Shown here piece by piece: positions 49,601 through 60,000 of a stretch of 60,000 nt of DNA. Origin of the DNA: Vicugna vicugna. Its lineage: Eukaryota. Location: positions 1,687,985-1,747,984 of the forward strand of contig MU057887.1 of the NCBI GenBank assembly GCA_013265495.1. The letters run 5' to 3'. The notes below the pieces were generated by a model, which ran no database searches, was not told the origin of the DNA, and saw only the letters and a program-made list of their open reading frames with translations. The stretch's first letter is position 1, and every line of letters starts with the position of its first letter. The translations under genes and the position numbers were made by a program.

Positions 49601-49890
49601 GCAACATTCGTAAACCTGATTTCTAACTGATGGAATTTGCGCTCCTCAAGCAAAAGTCTCAGATGCAGAGCTTTACTTAGCGGGAAATGGTGCTCTCTCA
49701 GGCGCCCTGGCACTCCAGTCCCTGAGGGTGTTACAGGGTGAACCTGGAGGCCGCGTGGCTGGTGGGGAGATGGGGGAACAGCGCGAGCCTGTCCCCTTCC
49801 ATCTCACCGGACGTCACATTCAGCTTCCTGGGGTTGGACCGGCTGCCGCACTCAGAGCAGAGGCAGCAAGACGTGGCTGTTTATCGTTAG

Positions 49891-50396
49891 TTTGTTTTTC
49901 AATTGGAGTGTAGTTGATTTACAGTGTTGTGCTGGTTTCTGGTGTACAGCAGAGTGATTCTGCTACACATACGTGTGTTTTCATTATAGGCTGTTACAAG
50001 ATGTTGAATAGAGCTCCCTGTGCTCTGCAGTAGCTCCTTGTTCATCTATTTTGTGTGCAGTAGTCAGTATCTGCACATCCCAGACTCCCAACTTACCCCT
50101 CTCTCCCCTTTCCCGTTCCTGGTAACCATAAGTTTGTTTTCTGTGTCTGTGAATCTGTTTCTGGTTTATAAGTAGGTTCATTTGTGTCATTTTTTAAGAT
50201 TCCACGTGTAAGTGATATCACGTATTTGTCTTTCTTGGTCTGACTTAACTTCACTTAATATGACAATCTCCAGGTCCATCCATGTTGCTGCAAATGGCAT
50301 TATTTCATTCTTTTTTATGGCTGAGTAGTATTCCACTCACAGACACCTACATATACACACACCACATCTTTATCCATTCATCTGTCAATGGACATT
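49891..50396 (-). mobile_element. Artiodactyl/camelid L1 3' end (~500 bp)
   Basis: ttcaattggagtgtagttgatttacagtgttgtg...ctggtaaccataagtttgttttctgtgtctgtgaatc...tccatccatgttgctgcaaatggcattatttcattcttttttatggctgagtagtattcca. Confidence 0.9.
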
Positions 50397-50599
50397 ACTA
50401 TTAGTTTTGAAATTAAGATGTGTCCTGCTGAGCTGCACAGCACAGGGCAGTGGCGTGCGATGGGCGGATGAGGACAGAGGCTTGTCTGTGTCCATCTGCA
50501 GCCCCTCCCGTCTCTGTGCTTTCTCCTTGGCTGGCTTCAGGATGCGCCCTCCTGTCTTGCTGCCTTGTACATTTGCCTCCGCTAAGGAATCAATATCGA

Positions 50600-51290
50600 G
50601 AGGTTATTATGATCTATATTTAGATTTTCTCAGTTTTTACTGTTAACCCCTTTCTGGTCCAGGACTCTGTCCAGGTCGCCACAGCTCATCATGTCTTTGA
50701 GCTCCGCTCGGCTGATGTTTTCTCAGATTTCCCTTGTTTTAATGAGCTTGATAGTTGAGTACTTGCGGGTTGTTTTGTAGAACGCCCCTAAATCTGGGTT
50801 TGCCTGATGTTCTCTTGTAGTGACACTGGGGTTACGGGGGTGGGAGGGGTGGGAGGGATGACTGAGGCCCTCTGGTCACATCACGCCGGGGTGCTCTGGC
50901 GGCGGGGCTCGTGTCCACATGGATCTCCCGGCTGAGGTGTATCTGTCGCTTTTCTCCACGGCGGAATTCCTCTGTTTCCCTCTCCTTTCCACCCTGTCCT
51001 CTTTGGAAGGAAGCCACGACGTGCCCAGACATAAGGGGTGGCAGGTATGCCCTCCCTCCTTGAGGGCGGGCATCTGTGTAAGTTAATTGGAATTCTGCCT
51101 GAGAGACGTGTGTGTTTTCCCCATCTGTTAATTTATTCAGTCACTACGATCAGTACGGATGCACAGGAATTTATTGTACATTTTGGGTGATGGCCCAACA
51201 GCACTGCATTGTCTGTTCTTGCTCAGAGTGTTTGCGCTCTGGCCACTGGGCACTGTTTCTGTTGGCGCCTGGGTCCCTCAGACACCCCCC
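50600..51290 (-). mobile_element. Old L1M (L1MC/MD-like) 3' UTR
   Basis: ttctggtccaggactctgtccagg...ttctcagatttcccttgttttaatgagcttga...ttttgtagaacgcccctaaatctgggtttgcctgatgtt...taagttaattggaattctgc. Confidence 0.65.
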
Positions 51291-54200
51291 ACCACCAGTG
51301 CGTGTGTGTGGCCGTTTCTCCGGGGAGCCCTTCGGTGGGAGCGTGGCAGCAGAAGCCCAGATCTGTGTGACTGGCGCACCCTTGCCAGGCACCTCTTAAA
51401 GAAATTCTGAGGAAGGGAAGCTGCGTTCATCGTTCGCCGTCGTTTTGTCATTTGCCTGCCGTTGTCTGTGGTCTTCTCTGGTGGACCTGTTTCCACCTTG
51501 TGTTGTGTTCTTTCTGCCAGGAGAGCTGTGTTTGGCGTTTCTCGTGCCGCAGCTTTTCTTTGTCTGGAGAAGTGTTTACTTCACCTCGCGAAGGGTGTTG
51601 TTTGCGGAGTGTGGGATCCTGGGTTGGCAGGTTTTTCTCTCGGTACTTTAGTGACATCGTTGCATCGTCTTTTGTCCTGTGTAGTTTCTATGGGAAGTCT
51701 GCTAAAATTATGACTTTTGTTCCCCTTCTTAGAATTTGGTAGAATTCCCTGGAAGTTAACCAGTTCCACTGTCCCAGTCTGGTTAAAACGTCGTCTCCGG
51801 GGCAGGCGGTGCTCGGGCCTGAGCTGCCTTCCCGCTCGGCTGTGTGACTTGCACGTGTCCTGTGGCCCTGCTGGGTCTGCTGTCTCACCTCTCCAACAGG
51901 CGAGGGTCACACCTGTGCTTGGCTCCGGGCTAGGATGAGGGACGTGATGCGCGACTTGTGAGCTGCGTGCCGCCCGGCGTTCAGTCGGAACGTGGAAGCT
52001 TTTCTTGGCTGAGTTGTGCTCAGTGCACATCAGTTAAATCGGTGAATTGAGATTTCGCCCAGGTTAGAAACCACACTGGGTTCCCTGTTCAAGGCTAAGA
52101 ATCGTGGCTCACAGCACGGGCCCCACCCTCTGATTGGCCCCCACCGCCGGCTGACCTCTCCCGGGCGGCCCCAGGGATGGCATCTCCCAGTGCATGAAGT
52201 GGCCGCCTGCGACTCCCTCATCCAGATCCAGACCCACGGAGCCCGGCCTGCTGTTCTGCCCACGGTTCTGAGAACCTGCCCCGTGACTGGGCCAGCCTCT
52301 GGGCCTCTGTCAGTCTACTTCCTTTGATTAAAACCACATTTCTTAGGCCTAACTGTGTTAAAAATAGCAGCAACAAAACCCCGAAGATGGCGATGAACAG
52401 AAAGCACATCATAAACCACAAAGCCCCGGGAAGGCACTCGGCGCCCCCGTCTGCGGGTCGGGCAGCCGCGCGTCCCACCAGTGCTTCCAGAAGCCTGCTG
52501 TGGGCTGAGCCCCGCGCCCTGGGTTCCTGGAGCCCCGCGGCTGCACTGCCTGGGAGTGGGCCTCAGGGTGGTCCCTCCCCGAGAGACGTGCTGTGTTTGC
52601 TGGGGCCGCCCGCCCAGGAGGACCTCGGGGAGGAGGGGAGGGCACGCTGCGAGGCCAGTGGTGTGAGGTTCTGGAACCTTGCAGCGACCACGAGGAGCTC
52701 GTGCTGGTGACTGAAGGGGCAGAACCCAGAGGGGGCCTCTGTGGAGAGTCTCGCTGGCCTGGCCAGCGGGCTCGGGCTGACACGGGGTGCCGGGGGGCTG
52801 TGGCAGAGCAGTGTCATTTAGGAGAGTGAGGTGGTTGGACGTGTGCATTTTTGAAGCTATGCTTATTTATCATCCAGGTCTCAAGTCAGTGGGCCCCCTC
52901 CTCCATGCAGCCTTCCCAGGCCTCCCTCTGGAGCGGGATGGGCTTTCCCCCTCCTTGGAGGCCAGCATGCGGCCTGCCTCTCTCCAGCCAGGCCCTGGGA
53001 GGCTAGCTGGCCATCCCGCCTTCAGCTGGTGTGTCTTGGGCACCTCTTAGGTGACTTATTGTCGGGCGTCCCTCCCTGGGTCTTTCAAGCCTACGCTTCG
53101 TCAGGAAACATCACCGTAGACCCAGAAATCTACACACCTAATGGATTACGGTGCTGGTGGGGCTACTCCAGGGGAGAAGAAAGGCCTGTGTGAGTGTCTG
53201 GTGGGGAGCAGGCCCACCAGGTTCACGAGGCCCCTGGGATGGCTGAGCGCCCCCCCCCCCATGGCAGCCACCCTGTGAGAGCAGGGCTGGTGCAGAGGGA
53301 CACTGTGCTGAGTCACATGCAGCCTGACGCGTGGCCTCCACAGTCTAAGTCCCGCTTTTCCTTATCACTCTCAGTGTGAGTCCCTCGGAGGTGAGTGGCT
53401 CCTCTGGTCCCCGCACCCGCTGCAGCCCGGGCTCTGGCGGGGAGCAGGAGGCTGGGGCATGGGGCTGGTGAGTTGAGGAGGAGATGGAATTCACAGCAGC
53501 TGCACATGGCTGAGCATCAGTGTCTCCACTCAGCTGCTGGTGTGGACCGGAGTGAAATGGGCCATCTACCCATTAGGAATATAATTGAAAATAATACCGG
53601 GCAATTTAATACGGCGGTTTCTTAACATTTTTTGCATAAATTAGCAAAATGCTTCAGAATGTTACATGCAGTTGAAATGGAAATGACAGACTCCCAGGGA
53701 CGGACATGCAGATCTTCTCGGGATGTCCCAGAAGGAGTTTCTGATCAGCTCCGGAAATGAAGGGGTTATCCTTGTCGTGTTTTGTGGAACCACAGAATGT
53801 TATTTATAACCCATGTCAGAAGCAATTAAACTGATTGATGATTAAGAAAGTTTAATAGTTGAATAATAAGATGCAGTTCTTGACAGCTATTTTTTCTCAT
53901 TTTGGAAGCATATTTTATGAGTCTAATAACAGTGTGAAGGATGGGCCTCGGAGTGTGTTGTGGTGTAATTACGTGGTGGTGATATGATACTCAGTCTGGT
54001 GTTACATGGTATGTTACTTATAAAAAATTAAAATACCAATTATGATTTTTTGATTTATTATTGCAGTGGTTGGTTAATTTTGACTCACCCCAAGAGGGGT
54101 TAATTAGTACATATTGATATATTTGATTAAAAGTACTCTAGTGTTGAATTGAATAAGGAAGGTCAAACAAAATAAATTATTTTCCAGCCACCCCAGAAGG

Positions 54201-54469
54201 CCATCGTGAGTTTAGTTATCTTTCGTGCTTATGTGAGAAGGTGGCTTCACGTGGACTAGAAACGTTGGTTGGCTCAGATCGGTGGTGCCATGGGCATCCC
54301 GTGCGGTTGGACGTGGCCGTGACATTCTCACAGCCACCTGTGCCCCCTCCTTGCTGCCTGGGGGCAGTTTCCCATAGAGTTTATCCTTGTGAACCATTTC
54401 TTCTGTTTGTGAAAAGCAAACCGACGATAGTTTAAAAAAATCCTTTCTGGAAATAAGCAGGGATGCTAC

Positions 54470-54900
54470 AAAGAAGGAGACGGGAAGGAATAATGAACTA
54501 AAACAAAAAGAAGTTCAGCGTCGCAGGTAATGAAGATGCAAATTGAACCAGCAATGCGGTTCTATTTTTGTCCATCAAATTAGCGAAGATGGAAAAGGAT
54601 AATGCTCAGTGCTCTTCAGGTGAGGGGAGATTGACACCCTGTAATCTTGCTGGAAAGCGCTCGGTGCTTATTCAAAGTCTGGGAGGCACCCCCATCTCAG
54701 GGGGTGGAGGCGGCACACAGGCTGGGCTGGGGGGCCCCTTTGCAGCCTTACTTCCTGGGGAAGCTCAGCCGGACCCACATGTGCGACCACCGAGAACGTG
54801 TAACCCGGTTGTGGTAGGTGATTTCCACACAGCCTCGAGTGTTATGCCACGAGAATTCCTTTTTCAGTCTGTGAAAATGACCAGGGCGTGAATAAAGTAG
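54470..54900 (+). mobile_element. Old L1ME-like fragment
   Basis: aagatgcaaattgaaccagcaatgcggttctatttttgtccatcaaattagcgaagatggaaaaggataatgctcagtgct is an L1ME ORF2-end pattern. Confidence 0.5.
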
Positions 54901-54942
54901 GACACAGAGCTTCGTCTTTAGTCTCAGTGCCGGTTTATTGGA

Positions 54943-54972
54943 GCGTGTGTGTGTGTGTGCGCGTGCGCACGC
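54943..54972. repeat. Alternating purine-pyrimidine tract (Z-DNA prone)
   Basis: GCGTGTGTGTGTGTGTGCGCGTGCGCACGC, 30 nt of strict R/Y alternation. Confidence 0.8.
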
Positions 54973-57900
54973 TGTGGGGGAAGCAATAATCCAGTGACTG
55001 TGCCTGAGGCCAGCCGGGCCTGCGCGCTGCGTTTATGGACACTGGGCTTTGATGTGCGTTCTGTACCGTCCAGGTTATTTTCGGGAACCACGCCCTGTGA
55101 TAAAAGCATTACTGGAAAGACGGCCTCCCTGTGTGTAGTGAGCTGGAAGACCCAGACAGGAGGCCCCTTTCTCGGGGCTCAGCCGGTCACCCCGCGGTCG
55201 GTGGACTTGCACTGGGCAGATTTAGTGCCTCGTCCAGCCCTGAGGGGGGTCCGAGGGCTGTGAGGGAGGGGCTGCGGGCTCTGGCTGAGGGAGTTCCCCC
55301 CCCCCCCGCAGATGAGGGCTTCCGTGGGAAAACCACCGCCGTCCTCCGGGGTCTGGATTTATGTCCCCTCTGCTGCTGGTGAGGCCTGGAGCGGGATCCA
55401 GCCTGGATTAAGTTGTCCTGAAGGCCGCCTGTGAGCTGGGCGGGTTGTGAGGGAGGGAGGCTGGGGAGGGCAGGCGGCAGGCGGCACGCGACTGCGGAGG
55501 CTCCTTGAAGCCAAGCCAGGCGGTCAGTGGAGGCCTGGCCGCGGAGTCCACGGGGAACCAGGAGGCTTTGCATGTGGAGTCACGCTGTGGCCTGTGCTTT
55601 CACTCAGCTCTGGTGCCCAGTCTGGGCACCCAGTGCCAGGGTCCGTGTGACCCAGTGAAAATGCCCTCCTCTTCACCTGGGCCCCGACCACGTAGGTGAA
55701 CAAAGGCCTAACAGATGGATGCCAGAGTAGCCCCTTGTATACGGATGCTGCCAGGCTGGAGTGTGAGCCCCGTCAGGGTCCTGGGATGGGGACGGGCAGT
55801 CTGCTCCCGGAGGGAGCCGTCCCACACACCCTGGGAGAGAAAGAGGGGCACTGCTGGGCCCTGCTCGTCCCTTGTTACTGCCCAGAGACCAGCATGTCTC
55901 CCTGGAGGAGAGGGAAGTTCCTGGCCTGTGCGGCACTGGGGGGGCATCCCTGCCAGATGCCCCGGGCAGGCCTGCCAGTAGCAGGGGCCCTCGTGGAGAC
56001 ATGGGCCCTCCCCCATTAGCCTGATTGTGGCAGACTTCCCCCAAGAGCACTGGGGGGGGGGAGCTGGTCCTGCATCCCAGGCTGGGAACGGTATTCTCAG
56101 GTGGCAGGGAGTGGAGCATGCTGGGTGGCCCAGGGATACTGGGCTCCTGGAGGAGGTGACAGCCTGGAACAGGAGCCTGGGAGGTGGTGGTGGCTCTGAC
56201 CAGCGGGTTCTAAGTGCCTAGCCCAAGGGCATTGTGGCTCCTTTTGTGTGCCCATGTGCCGGCCTTGTAGGGTAGTTAAAACTGGATCCAGTCCTTTTGG
56301 TTCTGTTTGTGGCAGGGACCTGACAGTGGCTGTCCTGCTCCCAGGACCTGGGCCAGCCTCGTCACCCCTAACACTTTGCTGGTTCCGTGGTCCCACTGGA
56401 GCTGGCATCTTAATCCCCTTCACCCAGGCACACTGAGTCCTCTGTCTCTGTTACGCTGGGTTGGGACGAGGGCTGTCTGTAGGCAGGGGTCTCTGCACAG
56501 GCGTGTGAGGAGGACCCTCGCCCCACTTAGGTGGCGTTCTTGCTCTCGGAGAGCTGTGACTCGTGGGCAGTGTGAAGTGCTCGCCGATGCTCCTTCAGGA
56601 TCGATCCTCCGTCGCCCACCGGTCCCTGTCTGCGAGGCCAGCCGGGGACCCAGGCTGCCCCCTGTTGTCACACCACGGGTGGGGGACCCTGGAAGGGAGA
56701 GGCCCACCTCTTCACCCCTGTGCTGAGCACCTCCGTTCCCCTCCCGTTGAGCTCCTTTGGCCCTGATAGTGCTCCTGGGGTCAGAGCGGGTCGGGACTCC
56801 GCGTGCCCCACCCGCCTGTTCCGGGAGCAGCCTGGCACGATGCTGGCCCTGGCGTGTTGTGTGTCCTGTGTCCCTCTGAGCAGCCATCTGGACTGGGCTT
56901 TTCAGGCTCCACTCGTTCTAACGGCCTGTGGTCAGATTTTGCCCCTTGATCCTTTGCGCTGACTTTCCTACTTCGCCTTTCCAGCACTATCCCCCGGGGA
57001 CCTCTGAAGCCTCCAGTTGGTCAACAGACTCCTGTAAGATTTTTCTGCCCCAAACGTAGACCAGCTGCTCTCCCAGAGCCCCGGTTCCTTGCCACGTAGG
57101 CTGGCAACAGAGACTGAAGCCTGGACTTCCCGCGAGCCCTCGGGGAAGGAGGGTCCCACGGTGGCAACTGGCCGCTGGTGACCGAGCAGAGAGAGGCCGG
57201 GAGTCTGCTGTTCCCCCCACTTTACCACATTCCTGCTCTCCTGCCTTCACAGGGAAGCAAGCGTTCCCCGCCCGCCCCTCCGTGGAGACATGTCAGCAGG
57301 CCCCGTGACAGGTCCTGTGTGTGAGAGGCGGACTTGGACCTCTACTTAGAAATCGTTTTTTCTTGGCAGCTTAAGGGCTCTCAAGCTGCCCTGCAGCGAG
57401 CAGGTCCAGGGAGGCCCCCTGGTTAGTGCCACGTGCACGCAGCTGGGACTAGGTTTCCTCAAAAACAACCAGGAGCCCTCGCCCAGGACCCCTCGCACGG
57501 AGGGGGGTCTGTGGAGCTCGCAGAAGGTGACACGGGGTGATACATGAGGATCAGGCCTTTGAGGCTTTGCTTTGACAAAGGCCTTACTCCCTCATTTCCC
57601 CGGAAATAGTGTGCGGTAGCTGGTGTTTGTTCATCTTGTATTCTGGGCAGCTTCAGGATTGAATTGAATCTCTTAACTGCCTTTGAGTAAACATTCATTG
57701 TACCAATACATTAAAATAGTCTAACTTTTTAAAAACTAGTTAAGAGTTTCAGAAAATGTGGGGGTAAAGGTCAGAAAGTGTTTTTAAAGTTTTGCTCCTA
57801 AGTTCAAGTTGAATAATTGCTGTAGACTCACCTTTGGGCTCTACCCCGACCAGCGCACAAGGAGACCAGCGCCTTTGGATCCTAATGTGTTTCTGTGTGA

Positions 57901-60000
57901 TTTTATGTTCGTGGTGCACTTAGCTTTTTAAGTGGCTCCGGGTGGACATTATTAGGCCCATCCTCAGAGCTTCTAGTCCCAGGGGACAGACAGACAGACT
58001 GCCTGGGGTGCAGACAGTGTTGTGTGGCTCCCGATGTCTGCACGGCCTGTGGTGGTCCAGGCCTGCATCCCTGGTTTTGCATTTTGTAATCCCGGCACAG
58101 ACGCGACAGAGCACAAACTCAGGCAGTTGGCTCGATAGACGTAGGAGACTTCTACCCTCCCCGCCACCAGACGCTGGGGCGGGGCTCTGTCAGCGCTGAG
58201 GCCTCCCACGGCCGCACGTGGACTGGCCGATGGCCTGTGCATGCCATGTACCGGAGGGGAGCGCAGACATGCCGCGTCCCCGGGGGAGTCCAGAGGGACC
58301 CGCGGGGGCCTGCACGGGCTGCTGGTCAGACAGTTCCGTGGAGAGTGTGTGTGGTTGTTGACAGACTTGTCTGGATTGTTGCAGTTTGGGTTGCTTCGTT
58401 CCCGTGTCTTTTCTCACAGGACCTGGGTTCCTGTGGAGCTGGGAGCCGTGCTGGTCGGGCCCATGGCCCCCAGCCTGGCCGGAGGCCTGGGCGAGGCGAC
58501 TGCCATGCGGGGTCTGCCCTGGAGGAGGGTGCCTAGTGGGAGGCGCAGGGGCCTGACACCCACCCGCGGGGAGAGAGCCCGCCGCCTCCTGGCTCCCCTC
58601 CCTCTTCACCCCCCGCCCCGGGAACTAAGTGCATCGAGAATGGATCTAAGGAGCGGGCACAAAGACACTTATGGAAAGAAGTTAAAACTTCACCAGGACA
58701 TTGAAAAATGCAAATTAACAACTCGTTTTACTGAGCTGTCTGTACCATGAGCAGAGGTGGGAGAAAGAACTGCGGGCGAGGGATGCTGGGGTCGACATTC
58801 TCGGGTGTCGTGGCTGTGGTCTGAACTTCAAACACTCACTCCGTTAAAATATTTCACTAAATTCATCAGGAGCCTGAAAATGCTCTCACTCTTGACCTGC
58901 CAGTTTTCTTGGAGATGTTTACTTTAAGCAGGTGATTCTCAGTGTGGATCAAACCCCTTATGCACAAAGGATGCTCAGGGGCGTTCCTGACTGTGAAGTG
59001 TTGGAGGTGGTGTGCGCGCCCGCAGCGGGGGTGTGGTTCAGGCAGCCGCGAACGACCGCCCGCAGCGTGTGGGAAAATGGAAAATCATCCTACCAGTGTC
59101 ACCCGTCAGCAGGTGCAAAGTTACAGTCACAGCGCAGCCGGAGCCAGAGGAGAGCTGAGCGGAAACGCGTGTGGGGAAAGGGGAGAAAAATTATACTCAG
59201 ATGGCCTCCTGGTTGTGTTTTAAATGATGGACGTGTGGCCAGTGTCCACCTTTATTTAAATCTTTGGGTTTTCAGGTTTTCTCCTGTGACCGTGGATTAA
59301 AATAATCGTTCTTGATCATCATACCCCTCTGGGGCCTCAGATGTGCCCCGGGGACCCCACTAGGTGCACGGTGCCCCTTTAGTGCCCACACTGGGCCCCA
59401 TGGCCTTCCCCAGCTCCCAGGGCACCGTATGCTCACTGGGGAGTGGAAACCTCCCGGGATAAACCCAAGGGACCAGCTGTTTGGGGCCCCGTTGAGGACC
59501 TGTGTCTGCACTGGCTTTTCCTCTTTGGTTCAAGGGTGTGCGGGCGATGGTCGTGTTAGTGGTTCAGGGGACTCTGGAGGGGAGGCCCGGGCCCTGCCCC
59601 GGGTGGGTCGTGCGGTCTTTGGGCTGAGCGGGATGTGCGGTCTGGGGAGACGCAGTGAGGCTGTTCCTACAGGCTCGCTCTTCAGCCTCTGAGTGAGCAG
59701 AGAGGCGGGCGTGGAGCTGGGCATCCAGATGGCGGGAGGGGTCTTCCCCTGGGGGCTCTCGGGAGCCAGCTTCCCTGTGCTCTGTCTTGAGTCCAGCAGC
59801 AGCTGTGCCCTCTTCTGTGGGGCACTGAGAGTCCGCTTGTGATGCCAGAACGTCAGGGCTGGAGTATGGGGACACGGCTGCCCGCTGGTGTGCGTACGCG
59901 GCCACCACCCCTCGTGGTGTTGGTGGCGGCTGTGGTTCTGTGCTCGCTGCGTGGAAGGCTGGGCTGCCTGGACACGCCTTCCGTGTCTGAACGCTTCTCA

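Noticed and set aside
159..59908. Hundreds of 60-250 aa ORFs on both strands (for example 3224..3925, 14197..14880, 22387..23010, 38291..39046, 47668..48327)
   Set aside because: Pro/Gly/Arg/Ala-rich, overlapping in all frames and with no recognisable domains, as expected from stop-codon scarcity in GC-rich intron. Only the parts overlapping the real exons or L1/piggyBac remnants are meaningful.
27264..60000. Next TBC1D22A coding exon (expected to include an EADTYWC-like motif)
   Set aside because: Not found by eye or in the ORF track. It probably lies beyond the window, so its absence is not evidence of gene truncation.

Overview
Mammalian genomic DNA, very GC-rich and CpG-rich. A Vic-1-type tRNA-derived SINE and camelid-type L1 3' ends suggest a camelid (inference). 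The window lies inside TBC1D22A (Rab-GAP, TBC domain) on the + strand. It holds four internal coding exons: 1924-1994, 8272-8400, 11588-11650 and 27149-27263 (71/129/63/115 nt, all AG..GT; probably exons 5-8 by human numbering, from memory). Spliced, they encode EELRRLSWSGIPKPVRPITWKLLS-GYLPANVDRRPATLQRKQKEYFAFIDHYYDSRNDEVHQDTYRQ-IHIDIPRMSPEALILQPKVTE-IFERILFIWAIRHPASGYVQGINDLVTPFFVVFICEYI, including the catalytic IxxDxxR and YxQ motifs. The rest is intron (more than 32 kb after the last exon). It contains old and young L1s, L2, MIR, MaLR/ERVL LTRs, a near full-length piggyBac (Looper-type) fossil, simple repeats and several AT-rich motif-dense islands. Apart from the ORFs overlapping these exons or decayed L1/piggyBac sequence, the six-frame ORFs look like artefacts of GC content and repeats. 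I see no convincing new biological system. The best leads are the piggyBac fossil, a frame-preserving 378-nt exon block (possible endless-ORF circRNA), an L1 inserted at an exon's branch-point zone, and strong AT-to-GC remodelling of old repeats. Repeat family names are from recognition of consensus motifs, not a database search, and repeat boundaries are approximate.
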